Shown here: positions 10,715-20,011 of the stretch, one piece after another
How the letters are laid out: each line of letters begins with the position of its first letter
Position numbering within the stretch: the stretch's first letter is position 1
Origin: a virus
Taxonomy: Duplodnaviria > Heunggongvirae > Uroviricota > Caudoviricetes
Virus record (IMG/VR): IMGVR_UViG_3300038530_001701
Direction: 5' to 3' (one strand)
Length of the DNA stretch: 64,000 bases
The notes under the pieces: model-generated
Seen by the model: the letters and a program-made list of their open reading frames with translations, nothing else
The model's database searches: none
What the model was told of the DNA's origin: nothing
Made by a program: the position numbers and the translations under genes

Positions 10715-11117
10715 GTATATGGGAATTGCTATAATCGTATTGGTAGGTGCTTTGGGCGGTGCTATGTACCTTTCTTACAAATTCTATGGAGATAGAGCAG
10801 TAGCTGAAGCTGCAAATGAGCAACTAGAGGTTACTGTCGAAGAAGAAAGGAAGCAAACAGAAAAAGCTGTAGAAAGCATTGAACTGATCAATGAGGCTGT
10901 ATCGAAGGTAAGGAAAGGTGAGAAAGAGATCGACAAGGCTGCTGAGAGGCTGAAGGAAGAACTTTCTAAGCCAACCCCTACCCAACCTACAGGAGAACAA
11001 GAAAATGAAACAGAGGCTACTACAGACCCTTGTGATGATTTCCTTTCTGATGATGATATTAGGATGCTCCAGCAAGCGCACTGTCTTACAGACGGAGACG
11101 CAACTGATTGCTATTGA
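10671..11117 (+). CDS. i-spanin (Rz-like); true start possibly ATG at 10713
   Basis: N-terminal TM helix (GIAIIVLVGALGGAMYL) followed by Glu/Lys-rich coiled coil; position after endolysin. Confidence 0.55.
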   Translation: MLKSLFNVATSPLTKYMGIAIIVLVGALGGAMYLSYKFYGDRAVAEAANEQLEVTVEEERKQTEKAVESIELINEAVSKVRKGEKEIDKAAERLKEELSKPTPTQPTGEQENETEATTDPCDDFLSDDDIRMLQQAHCLTDGDATDCY

Positions 11118-11301
11118 GGAATCTTTGAGTCAACCCTGTGAGGTTGATGAGTTTCCAAATATATTCTATCAAACACAAAAAGAAAGAGTTGAAACTTTAA
11201 AGAAAGAGTACGTCAACGCTTTAGGTGTTATCGGAAAGTGTGAATTACAGCGCAAAGAATCCCTTAATTTAACTAATGAACTAAAACAATTATACGAGTA
11301 A
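11005..11301 (+). CDS. o-spanin (Rz1-like outer-membrane lipoprotein), overlapping the Rz 3' end in another frame
   Basis: Signal peptide with lipobox ILGC (MKQRLLQTLVMISFLMMILGCSS); starts inside the Rz ORF (+1 frame), classic overlapped spanin architecture. Confidence 0.5.
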   Translation: MKQRLLQTLVMISFLMMILGCSSKRTVLQTETQLIAIEESLSQPCEVDEFPNIFYQTQKERVETLKKEYVNALGVIGKCELQRKESLNLTNELKQLYE

Positions 11302-11312
11302 TTGGAGGATTA

Positions 11313-11972
11313 ATGACCGACCAAAAGAAGTCATGGTTATCAAATGTGGTAACATCGATCATTACTTCTTTAGCAGTTTTGGCCGGTGCTTGGTTCGCAT
11401 TTCAGGGTGATACTAGTAACGCTAATGCGAGTAGACTAGAATCTGCCTTCAAGAGAATTGAATATCTTGAGACAGAAATGAGACAACAGCAAGCCAACTC
11501 AAATGCCAAGATTATTGAACTAACAAGTCAAGTGTTTAGGTTGCAGAGTCAACTAGATAAAGACTTGAACATAATCGATATGTTTGAGAGTTTCATGGAT
11601 GGATTACCATTTGAGGCGTGGCTTAAAGAAGTTAAAATGGTTAATGGTTTACCAGAGTTTAAAATGTTGCTTATTAATAAGCGATATGAATTTGACTACG
11701 GTGTATCACGAAGTAGATATAGAGGCGCTACAGATCGGGAAATTTGGGGCAGAGACGTTGCAAATTCCTTTAAGGAAAACGATCTGAGAGTCTTGGCAAG
11801 TAAGGCCAGTCTAGTCACCTATGAAACATATCCAGCTAAAGTTTCAAATGGATTTCAAACGACAGATGGTGAAGTGACTAAGATGGTTGTTAAAGTCTAT
11901 CTAGAGTTGATAGATGGAAAGCAAATGATATTCGGTATGGCTATTGATATGCCCCCTGAATTAAAACAATAA
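11313..11972 (+). CDS. membrane-anchored coiled-coil protein
   Basis: 219 aa, N-terminal TM helix then coiled coil; RBS ggagg upstream. Confidence 0.45.
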   Translation: MTDQKKSWLSNVVTSIITSLAVLAGAWFAFQGDTSNANASRLESAFKRIEYLETEMRQQQANSNAKIIELTSQVFRLQSQLDKDLNIIDMFESFMDGLPFEAWLKEVKMVNGLPEFKMLLINKRYEFDYGVSRSRYRGATDREIWGRDVANSFKENDLRVLASKASLVTYETYPAKVSNGFQTTDGEVTKMVVKVYLELIDGKQMIFGMAIDMPPELKQ

Positions 11973-11999
11973 GAAACATTCCTCACACGCATAATTAAA

Positions 12000-12035
12000 C
12001 CCCGAAACCTGTAACAAGGTCTCGGGGCTTTTTTG
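12000..12035. terminator. bidirectional rho-independent terminator between convergent modules
   Basis: ccccgaaacc-tgtaacaa-ggtctcgggg hairpin followed by cttttttg; sits between + gene ending 11972 and - gene ending 12038. Confidence 0.6.
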
Positions 12036-12037
12036 TG

Positions 12038-12256
12038 TCACTTCAAATGTAAATAGAGGTCTTCATATCCACCGATATGCTTACCTTCAGAATCAAAAAC
12101 CTGTGGGACTGTCCTTAGTCCTAGTTTCTTGATATTCTCAAACATTTCAGGGTGATCGTCTAGACTGACGTAACTATACTCAATCTTCTTACGATCTAGC
12201 AAGTCTTTTGCTTTAACACAACTAGGGCATTGCTCAATTCCAAATACAGTATACAT
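12038..12256 (-). CDS. glutaredoxin / NrdH-like redoxin
   Basis: CPSC active-site motif (GIEQCPSCVKAKDLL); likely start MYTVFGIEQ at 12256 preceded by AAGGAG; adjacent to RNR genes. Confidence 0.7.
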   Translation of the reverse strand: MYTVFGIEQCPSCVKAKDLLDRKKIEYSYVSLDDHPEMFENIKKLGLRTVPQVFDSEGKHIGGYEDLYLHLK

Positions 12257-12266
12257 AGATTTCTCC

Positions 12267-13946
12267 TTATTGGCAAGCAGCACATTCACCTTTTGAAGCC
12301 TGAATACCAGCCTTAGAGTATACGTAATACAATCCAAGAATGTCAGGGTTCAAGAAAGCTTCTTTGTGAACTTGACTAATGTAGTCTTCATCTTCGCCTG
12401 CTGCAAAGAATAGGTTTAGTGATTGCCATTGATCAAGGTGTTTACCTCTAGCAGCAGCAAGTCGAATAACATCAAATTGATTGATTTCAAAAGCTGTCTT
12501 AAAGACTTCCTTTTCCTCATCTGTCAGCCAATCTACGTGCTGAACACTTCCCATGTTATCACGAATGTCCTCAACATTTGCTCTGTTGAAAACTCCACGC
12601 TCTTTCATCAATTCTAACAGCACGGGGTTAACTCTGTCAATCTCACCTGCTGGTGTTCTTTGAGTGTATACCATAGCTGTATCAGGATTGATACCTTCAG
12701 ACACACCACCCATAATCAAAGCAGTGGATTTTGTAGGAGCTACAGCAAGCAAGTGTGTGTTTGCTCTATTGTATCCCTTACACCAATCAGGTTCACCCCA
12801 CTGTTCTGCAAGCCACTTAGTAGCTCTTTCAGCTTCACTGCGAATGTTCTTGAAGATGGTGTTGTTAAGCATGTGTGCTTCCAAACCACCGAAAGGCAAA
12901 CGCTTCTTCTGAAATAATGTGTGTAGACCACAAACACCAAGACCAAGTGCACGACCTTTCTTAGTAGCAGCAATAGCTTTCTCAAGACCCGGAATGTTCT
13001 TACCTCTTTCAAGGAATTCCTGAACAACACAGTCAAGGAATACGATTGCTTGGAATACAGCATCAGTATCTTTCCAATCATCATAGAACATTAGGTTCAT
13101 AGATGCAAGTACACAAGTGTAAGTATAGTCAGGGCCTGAGTGTAGGATGATTTCATTACACAGTTGTGGAGCCTTAATATCAAGTCCATGATCAACATAC
13201 CACTGAGGGCGCTTCAGGTTAGCTTTGTCAGGGAAAAAGAAGTAACCCTTACCAGTCACCATCTTTGTTCTCATAGCTGTCTGGTAGCGATCTAGGGCGT
13301 CCCTATCTCCATCTAGGATTCGATCTATAAAATCAGCAGAAACATTCCAACCAATATTGTTACCATCAGGTTCCGTTTCAAGATATTTAGCAACCTCGTA
13401 AAAATCCCCATGATCAATAGGTAGATAACCAGCCCAACTTCCCCTACGCGCCGTGCCTTGGGCGACATATTCCATATCCTTTTGGAACAAACTGAGAACA
13501 GGGAGAACTCCACTTGTCTTGCCGCCGACACTAATATCGCTGCCCCTAGCACGAATATCACCAAGGTATCCAGCAGTACCGAAACCCATCTTCGTGAGCA
13601 TCGATGTTTCGTGTCTTGCTTTATAGATTTCATCAATACTATCCCCCACATAACTTCCAGCACAACTTACAGGAAGACCTCTATTTGTTCCGGTATTCGC
13701 CAGAACGGGAGTTGACGGTGACAGCCAACCTTTCCACATAAGATCAAAGAATATCTCTTTCCACTTAAGGGGGTCTGGTGTGTGTGCTGATAATGTTCCA
13801 GCGATTCTCATGTACTGTTCTTTGGGGTTATCTGCTTGATACAGGTACTTCTCTTTAAATAGCTGGTAGCCACCTGTAGACCACCAAGCGGGAGCTAACC
13901 CTTGTTCTTGTAATTTCTTTCGTTCTTCGGATAGTTTATCGTACAT
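12267..13946 (-). CDS. nrdA: ribonucleotide reductase class I alpha subunit (short form, no N-terminal ATP-cone)
   Basis: 559 aa; RNR large-subunit-like core, C-terminal redox pair ECAAC; followed by nrdB. Confidence 0.8.
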   Translation of the reverse strand: MYDKLSEERKKLQEQGLAPAWWSTGGYQLFKEKYLYQADNPKEQYMRIAGTLSAHTPDPLKWKEIFFDLMWKGWLSPSTPVLANTGTNRGLPVSCAGSYVGDSIDEIYKARHETSMLTKMGFGTAGYLGDIRARGSDISVGGKTSGVLPVLSLFQKDMEYVAQGTARRGSWAGYLPIDHGDFYEVAKYLETEPDGNNIGWNVSADFIDRILDGDRDALDRYQTAMRTKMVTGKGYFFFPDKANLKRPQWYVDHGLDIKAPQLCNEIILHSGPDYTYTCVLASMNLMFYDDWKDTDAVFQAIVFLDCVVQEFLERGKNIPGLEKAIAATKKGRALGLGVCGLHTLFQKKRLPFGGLEAHMLNNTIFKNIRSEAERATKWLAEQWGEPDWCKGYNRANTHLLAVAPTKSTALIMGGVSEGINPDTAMVYTQRTPAGEIDRVNPVLLELMKERGVFNRANVEDIRDNMGSVQHVDWLTDEEKEVFKTAFEINQFDVIRLAAARGKHLDQWQSLNLFFAAGEDEDYISQVHKEAFLNPDILGLYYVYSKAGIQASKGECAACQ

Positions 13947-14929
13947 TAGAATCTAAACCCTTCTTTATTCCAGTTTCTTACATATTGATTACCTTGCGAT
14001 GAAAAGAAGTCTTGCATCTGATAGCCGTTAATACCTTTGTAAAAGTAATCGGCAATTGGGTTATATTCAACTTTATAGAGTTTCTCATAACCTAAATTCT
14101 CAAGACAGTAGTTAATACGACTCTGAGCAAAATGCTCTAACTGAATCTCAGTTATTCCGTCGATCTTTCCTTTTTCAAAGATTTTTCGGATGATAACTCT
14201 TTCATGATCAAGTACTGTATTCGCCGCCTCGATAATGTCCTGTTTAAGACTTTCTTCTTCTTTCTCACTTAGTTCACCAGCCTCTTTCATTTCTTTCTTC
14301 AAGGTTCTAAACAACCATGCAGCAGCTTCTGCATGAAGGTTCTCGTCTCTTGCTGAGAAGTTAATACCGCTAACCACATTCAACAGTTTGTTCTTACCTA
14401 AACTTTGGAAATGCTTTAGGAAAGCAAATGAAGAATATAGAATAGCCCCTTCTCCGAATGTGAAAGCACCCAAAGATCGCAAATCATCTTTTCCGTGTAG
14501 AGTGTTTTCAAGAAAGTCAATTCTCGCTTTAAGCTCGGGATCATCTAAGTAGCTCCTGTAAAATTCATCGTTGGCAAGACCGAGTTCTTCATTAATCTTG
14601 GCATAGAACTTGGCATGTACCTGAAGTTCCATAGCACCAAACAGTGCTGCCATTGGTTGAATATCGGCTGGTCGTGGGAACTTTTTAAACACAAAGTTCA
14701 ACCAGAATTCATCACCGATAATCTGCTCGTATAGTGTAAAAAGTTTTAGTGTTGTGATTACGCCATGCCTTTCAGATTCAGACATATTGACAAGAATATC
14801 TTGCTTGTCTTTATGTACTTTCACTTCATCATGGGGCCAAAAATGTTGAGCCTGCTTATCGGCAAACTCAACAGCTTCTGGATAATCAACGGTAAATTCA
14901 TTTTTTGGTGTTCTAATTTGAACCGCCAT
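13946..14929 (-). CDS. nrdB: ribonucleotide reductase class I beta subunit
   Basis: 327 aa ferritin-like; conserved R2 motifs (FAFLKHF.., DENLHAEA). Confidence 0.85.
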   Translation of the reverse strand: MAVQIRTPKNEFTVDYPEAVEFADKQAQHFWPHDEVKVHKDKQDILVNMSESERHGVITTLKLFTLYEQIIGDEFWLNFVFKKFPRPADIQPMAALFGAMELQVHAKFYAKINEELGLANDEFYRSYLDDPELKARIDFLENTLHGKDDLRSLGAFTFGEGAILYSSFAFLKHFQSLGKNKLLNVVSGINFSARDENLHAEAAAWLFRTLKKEMKEAGELSEKEEESLKQDIIEAANTVLDHERVIIRKIFEKGKIDGITEIQLEHFAQSRINYCLENLGYEKLYKVEYNPIADYFYKGINGYQMQDFFSSQGNQYVRNWNKEGFRF

Positions 14930-14932
14930 TTA

Positions 14933-15331
14933 TTATTCTCCGTCAAATGATTGTTTTATTTTCTCAAAATAGTCAGACTCAGAGCGTCTGCTCATACGTC
15001 TCAAATCTTCTTTCATGAAGATGTCTTCTGTTGAGTAAAGGTAGGCACCAATTGAAGCTGCGCCTGATCGTCTCCATTCAAAGTCAGTCCTTTCACTGCC
15101 CTCTACTCTGTAAGTATCAACCACTTGATTTCGTAGATTTCTATGATTACATTTGACAACCTCATAAGGTCGTGTTATGTCCATGCCATTTGTAAATAGA
15201 ATCTTGGCAAATTGTGTTGGCTCTGGTTGTGGGTCAACCCAATCATCAAGTAGTTGCAAATCTGAAAAACTTAGGTAAAAGAAGTTCATATAGTTTGTTT
15301 CTCCGTAATCCTGTTGAAAAATCTTCTCCAA
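14933..15331 (-). CDS. hypothetical protein
   Basis: 132-aa ORF packed between nrdB and thyX. Confidence 0.4.
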   Translation of the reverse strand: MEKIFQQDYGETNYMNFFYLSFSDLQLLDDWVDPQPEPTQFAKILFTNGMDITRPYEVVKCNHRNLRNQVVDTYRVEGSERTDFEWRRSGAASIGAYLYSTEDIFMKEDLRRMSRRSESDYFEKIKQSFDGE

Positions 15332-15499
15332 ATATACCCACGAACAATAGAAATCATAGTGAAAATGATTGTTATTTCCATGTTCTGCATAAACGTGGTA
15401 TCCAATTCATATATTGGAGCGATTAAAAAAGTCCAGACCAGCAGCGATAGCAACCAGCCTGAACCTACATTCAATACTTGCTCAATTATAGAGTGAGTT

Positions 15500-16513
15500 T
15501 TACTCTGGCTCATAATCCCAACACGCATTTTCATCTATGAGTTGACGATGTTGAATCCAACCAAAGAAGTTACCAGAATAATAACCCAATCTATTATTAT
15601 AACCTGTCACTCCCTCTGTGTCAAGATCAGTTTCATCATCCATTGGACGAGCCTGATGTTCAAACGGAGACGCATGTACAGGCTTGCTGTTTACAAGCAT
15701 ATCGTAAATCTTCAAGGCTTTGTCAACACTATTATCTGTAAGTCGATAACTTACTTGAGCGCAACAGGATGCAGAGACCTTAATAGCATCTTCTTCAGAC
15801 AACCTTTGCTCATATTGCTGTCCATCGGGGTCTGAGTTATAGATGAAGTAGTAAGATTCATCAGAATCTTTGTAGAACTCTACATAAGGTAGGTGCCACT
15901 CGTCAACCCACAATCCATTAGGGCTTGATTGCTCCCTAGCTTCCCACATACAACGAGCAAGTTCTTTAATCTCAGGTTGAGCATCTTTATGATTACGCAA
16001 CCAGAAGAAGTTATCATACTCTGTAGCTGTACAAACTACTTTAATGAACTGGAATGGCTCTAGTAGTCTATTTACAATTTGTTTATGATAACCTGCTTCG
16101 TGGAAAGCTTCAGCGGTATAGACAGCATCTCCCATCGCCCTACGCCAAGCTTCAGCACGATCAACTTCATCATTAATTAATTGGAATAGACCTGAATCTG
16201 AAGGCTCATCAAACTCTTGGAGTGCTTCCAGAGAAATTGGCTCAACACACTCTGCTTCAGCCTGCATACCCCTCTGGTTAGCTCCCCAATGGATAGGCAT
16301 AGCAGTATTGATCTTAATATGTTCAATCATCTTTGGAACTGGAATAGCTCGGCTACTGGCAGCATTGCGACTGAACAATCTGTGAGTCATGAACTCACTA
16401 TGTATGAACCGAGGATACTCAAGCTCATACGTGGTAATTCTTTTACCTGAAGGAGATACACTATCTGCAACGATAGTAGCTGAAATACCACCCTTACCTT
16501 CAACTTTAACCAT
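15500..16513 (-). CDS. thyX: flavin-dependent thymidylate synthase
   Basis: 337 aa; ThyX-type (T/R)HRxxxxxxxS motif (THRLFSRNAASSRA); context of dNTP-synthesis genes. Confidence 0.7.
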   Translation of the reverse strand: MVKVEGKGGISATIVADSVSPSGKRITTYELEYPRFIHSEFMTHRLFSRNAASSRAIPVPKMIEHIKINTAMPIHWGANQRGMQAEAECVEPISLEALQEFDEPSDSGLFQLINDEVDRAEAWRRAMGDAVYTAEAFHEAGYHKQIVNRLLEPFQFIKVVCTATEYDNFFWLRNHKDAQPEIKELARCMWEAREQSSPNGLWVDEWHLPYVEFYKDSDESYYFIYNSDPDGQQYEQRLSEEDAIKVSASCCAQVSYRLTDNSVDKALKIYDMLVNSKPVHASPFEHQARPMDDETDLDTEGVTGYNNRLGYYSGNFFGWIQHRQLIDENACWDYEPE

Positions 16514-17093
16514 ATTTTATAATCTCCTGTGTAATTAGTCTTGCAAAGTTCTCTGGGATAATGTCTTCATTCTTCGTCCTCATTTTGATTGTATGTGCTT
16601 CCCTCACTTTTATGAAGTTCCTACTATCCCCTGAAAAGTCATTAGAGCCTTGCCCAGAAAACTGTACTATATAGATATTCTTACCACCAAATTCTGAAAT
16701 AAGTGGTAATACTTCTTCAACAAAACCTGAGTCAGTGAACACAACACCACGTTCAAAGTCTTTTAAAGAGATAGACTTAGCCGACTTCTGTCCAAAGAAA
16801 CGCTTACCAAAATGGGGTTTAGCAATTTCTTCACTAATGTAAATCAAAAACTCCCTTGGAGACATACCTCTGAACTGCGGCATCTTACTTTCCTTGTACT
16901 CACGATCTGTACAGAAGTGAATAAATTCTTCGTAACTTCTGCAATCAGAGAATGGATACGCGCATTCGTAAAGGGCCGTTTTAAAGGCCCTCAACTCACA
17001 CTGATACAGGTTTTTTAAGCAACGTCCGATGGTATCCTTACCAGCACCTTTTGGAGCATTGAGTAGTATGATTTTATTGCTCAGTGGGTTCAT
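16506..17093 (-). CDS. deoxynucleoside monophosphate kinase (T4 gp1-like)
   Basis: P-loop NAPKGAGKDT near N-terminus resembles T4 dNMP kinase SGVKRSGKDT; probable start MNPLS at 17093 preceded by GGGAG. Confidence 0.6.
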   Translation of the reverse strand: MNPLSNKIILLNAPKGAGKDTIGRCLKNLYQCELRAFKTALYECAYPFSDCRSYEEFIHFCTDREYKESKMPQFRGMSPREFLIYISEEIAKPHFGKRFFGQKSAKSISLKDFERGVVFTDSGFVEEVLPLISEFGGKNIYIVQFSGQGSNDFSGDSRNFIKVREAHTIKMRTKNEDIIPENFARLITQEIIKYG

Positions 17094-17598
17094 TTTCTTT
17101 AATTTTCTCCCAATTAGATTCAATATTCTCAACAAGATCGCTAAGAACAACACCAACAAAATCGTGTGGTTTCAATAGCTTACCAGATTCCTTGTTGATA
17201 ACACCATAATACTCTGTACCATCTTGCATTGTTACGAGACGAACGAAGGTCTCGATACCTTGCTCTTTGTAATACTCCAAAGTCTCGTTAGCATGTTCTG
17301 GGTCTCGATGGAATTTTGTGAGGTTATTGTCACAAACCCTTTCCAATGCCTCTGGTGTTTGATATCCAGAGAGAATCAATTTTTGGTAGAGACCGATAGC
17401 TGTTACCATGATATCTGCTACACCATCAAGGAGTTCTTGAGGGTCTTCGTCAATAGCTGCGTCCAAAGTCTCTTTGGTTTCTTCTAGAACCAGTTCAGTT
17501 TGACTGCGAATCTGCTCCCAGAATTCTTTAGTATTAGGCTCAACCGGCTGGTGACCGATCAAGGTATTCATCAAATAGATTTTATCGTATGCCGACAT
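17074..17598 (-). CDS. mazG: MazG-like nucleoside triphosphate pyrophosphohydrolase
   Basis: 174 aa; EExxE.L.D...E.LD..GD metal-binding helix (ELVLEETKETLDAAIDEDPQELLDGVADIM). Confidence 0.7.
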   Translation of the reverse strand: MSAYDKIYLMNTLIGHQPVEPNTKEFWEQIRSQTELVLEETKETLDAAIDEDPQELLDGVADIMVTAIGLYQKLILSGYQTPEALERVCDNNLTKFHRDPEHANETLEYYKEQGIETFVRLVTMQDGTEYYGVINKESGKLLKPHDFVGVVLSDLVENIESNWEKIKENEPTEQ

Positions 17599-17601
17599 TA
17601 A

Positions 17602-18540
17602 TTAACCTCCTGCTACGTTCATTAGAGTGTTTTCCATTTCTTCTTTTGTCTTCAAGTTTACACGACCACGGTTCCAGTGTCCACATTCTTTACACTGATA
17701 AGCGTCAAAAGTTGACAGGTTCGTGCTGACTGTTCCGTTCTTAACCAAGTCAGTTGAAGCGCACACTGTACAGGACTTCTGACCTGTCTGTACGTACTGT
17801 GCTACGTTTACATGTGTAGAGTACCACGGAGCCACTTTCTTGTAAAGTTTTTCAAGCAAAACAACATCGTACACATTATAGTCAAGCATTTCCTCGAAGG
17901 CTGATTCATCACCATTCATGCAACGTGACCAAAGGCTAAACCCACCAGTCTGTACCTTATTACCAATACCAAGATACTCACACACACTATCAAGCCTGTT
18001 TGAAGGGAATCTGAAGCGTTGCTTTAGAATCTTCAAAGTGTCAACTGTCTTATACGGCTTAGGTGGTTTGAAGCCATGATAGAGCATACGAGCATTCAAC
18101 GTAGGCATATCAAAACGATCACCATTATGAGCAATGATAATATCAGCTTCGTTGATCATATCATAGATAGATGCAATCAATGGTTGATCATCTTCATTTT
18201 CCATATTCTCAGGGTAGTAATGCAGCGAGTCAGATGCAACTGTATCATCGCCAAGCCACTTAGCAGCCCAAGTGAGAACGTAACCTTCTTGAGCTACCTG
18301 ATTCTGACCAACATTCTGCTTAAACCTTCCCCAAACCCATGCAAGTGTTGGTGCTGTTTCAATGTCAAGTACAAGAATCTTTGCTTTAGGTTTTTCCTGT
18401 TTGGTTGGTTCACTACCAAAAGCTTTCTTCCAATCCCAAGCAGTAGACTTAGGGATACCTGTGATCTTCTCAACTGCTCTGTAGGAATAACCATCAGCAA
18501 GCATTCCTAATACTCTTTCTTGAATTTCTGTCATTTCCAT
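17602..18540 (-). CDS. HTH-domain / DEDD-type 3'-5' exonuclease fusion with C-terminal zinc ribbon
   Basis: N-terminal HTH (YSYRAVEKITGIPKSTAWDW); DnaQ-like ExoI motif ILVLDIETAP; C-terminal CTVC...CKECGH. Confidence 0.5.
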   Translation of the reverse strand: MEMTEIQERVLGMLADGYSYRAVEKITGIPKSTAWDWKKAFGSEPTKQEKPKAKILVLDIETAPTLAWVWGRFKQNVGQNQVAQEGYVLTWAAKWLGDDTVASDSLHYYPENMENEDDQPLIASIYDMINEADIIIAHNGDRFDMPTLNARMLYHGFKPPKPYKTVDTLKILKQRFRFPSNRLDSVCEYLGIGNKVQTGGFSLWSRCMNGDESAFEEMLDYNVYDVVLLEKLYKKVAPWYSTHVNVAQYVQTGQKSCTVCASTDLVKNGTVSTNLSTFDAYQCKECGHWNRGRVNLKTKEEMENTLMNVAGG

Positions 18541-18541
18541 T

Positions 18542-18988
18542 TTATACCTCGTCTCTTTCAGTAAATACGTATGAAACTCTAGGATTATCTTTATCCACTT
18601 CAGTTTCGTGTAGGACTTCCATCTTCACATAATCATCATTATCGTCAATAAGAACACCAAGCTCTGTTAAAGCATCGTATAGAAACTTGGTGTTAGCAGC
18701 AATGAAGTTATGTTTATCTGATCTTCTTCTACTTTGCTTGTAAAGCTTTGCTGTAACATCAACTGGTTTTGTAAACTTAATATGATCTTGACCAGTATCT
18801 TTCAGTATTTGCTCTACCATATCTTTAAACAACTTCTTAGCTTTGTTGTACTCAAGATAGTGTGCATTGTTTGTATAATTTAGGTTTACTCGGAACTTCT
18901 TAGGTTCTTTTGTTTTCCTAGGGATAAGAACTACCACAGGGCAGTCTATCCTAAGAACCTTAGACACTAGGAATCTCCCAACGATCAC
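18542..18988 (-). CDS. RusA-like Holliday-junction resolvase (tentative)
   Basis: 148 aa, basic, with conserved acidic cluster IDDNDDY as in RusA family; among recombination/replication genes. Confidence 0.4.
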   Translation of the reverse strand: MIVGRFLVSKVLRIDCPVVVLIPRKTKEPKKFRVNLNYTNNAHYLEYNKAKKLFKDMVEQILKDTGQDHIKFTKPVDVTAKLYKQSRRRSDKHNFIAANTKFLYDALTELGVLIDDNDDYVKMEVLHETEVDKDNPRVSYVFTERDEV

Positions 18989-19961
18989 CTTTCATTCTTT
19001 GCATCCAAAGAAGATCAGCCTGCTCTTTGATAATCTCATCAATAGTTCTTTCGTATCTCACTTCATTCCAACCTTTGTAGTGGTATGTTTCAGTTTCTTC
19101 ATCCCAACCAGTCTGTGTTTTGTCGTCCCACTTTTGCTCAGAGTACCATGCGTGGTAAATCTCATAACAACGCTCATAAAGTTCCCTTTCAGAAACACAA
19201 TCCTCTAGAAGACTCTCAGCGCCTTTATCGCCAATTGTGGCAATCTTTCTGACACCATACTTACTAGCGATTGCTTTTGATAAGCCTTGACAGCCGGGAA
19301 TGTTATCTACGGTCTTATCACCTTTAAGAAGTTGTTGGTAAAAACCACGATTAGCTTCTTTAAGTGTTACAAGTTGTGGTTCATCATCTTTATCTAGATG
19401 ATAATGATAACCCGGAGTATTTCGTAAGTCTTTATCAACGGATGCACAAACTGTTGTTGGGTTCTGTGGGTTGGCGAGGTATCCTCGGTAGGCAATGACA
19501 GAACACGCATCATCAGCCTCGTTACCATCAACAACAATAGCCCCATACTTCTTAATAGCGTAGTCCCTTACATTGTAAAACCAATACGGTTTCTCTGTAT
19601 GCTCACGGTTGCCCTTATATTTAAGAACTGTAGCAACTTCCTCTCTATAGTTGCCCTTGCCAGTGAGATACAATTTGTACTTATCTGCTTTGAGGTTGTT
19701 TTTCAAAGCTTTCATTTGCATATCGAAAGCTGCTAATGCTTCCTTTTCTTCAAAGAAGACTGTTCTAGGTCTAATCTCATAAAGAGTTGTGTCAACCATA
19801 AAGAATTCTGATTGATCTTTCAAGTAACCTTTTGCTTCTTTACTATATTCAAATGTATCAACTAATTCTTCATCTTCATAAATATCGTAATAAACATGTT
19901 GTCCAACAGACGCTGCACGATAAACAAGAATATCACCATCAATTGCTACGGTATCAAACAT
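18960..19961 (-). CDS. 5'-3' exonuclease / flap endonuclease (T7 gp6 / T4 RNase H-like)
   Basis: PIN/FEN N-terminus MFDTVAIDGDILVYRAA; probable start at 19961 with AAGGAG RBS. Confidence 0.75.
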   Translation of the reverse strand: MFDTVAIDGDILVYRAASVGQHVYYDIYEDEELVDTFEYSKEAKGYLKDQSEFFMVDTTLYEIRPRTVFFEEKEALAAFDMQMKALKNNLKADKYKLYLTGKGNYREEVATVLKYKGNREHTEKPYWFYNVRDYAIKKYGAIVVDGNEADDACSVIAYRGYLANPQNPTTVCASVDKDLRNTPGYHYHLDKDDEPQLVTLKEANRGFYQQLLKGDKTVDNIPGCQGLSKAIASKYGVRKIATIGDKGAESLLEDCVSERELYERCYEIYHAWYSEQKWDDKTQTGWDEETETYHYKGWNEVRYERTIDEIIKEQADLLWMQRMKGDRWEIPSV

Positions 19962-20011
19962 ATTTTCTCCTTTGCAAAAGAAAAGGGGCAGCCGAAGCCG
20001 CCCCAAATCTA

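Noticed and set aside
12018-12027. GGTCTCGGGG resembling the start of the 18-bp GGTCTCGACAGATTTTCA repeat
   Set aside because: Only the first 7 nt match, and it is simply the 3' arm of the bidirectional terminator hairpin.
15286-15534. 82-aa hydrophobic ORF overlapping both the thyX stop region and the start of the 132-aa ORF
   Set aside because: Overlaps two neighbours with no clear RBS. Possibly a small membrane protein with a later start, but not supportable from sequence alone.
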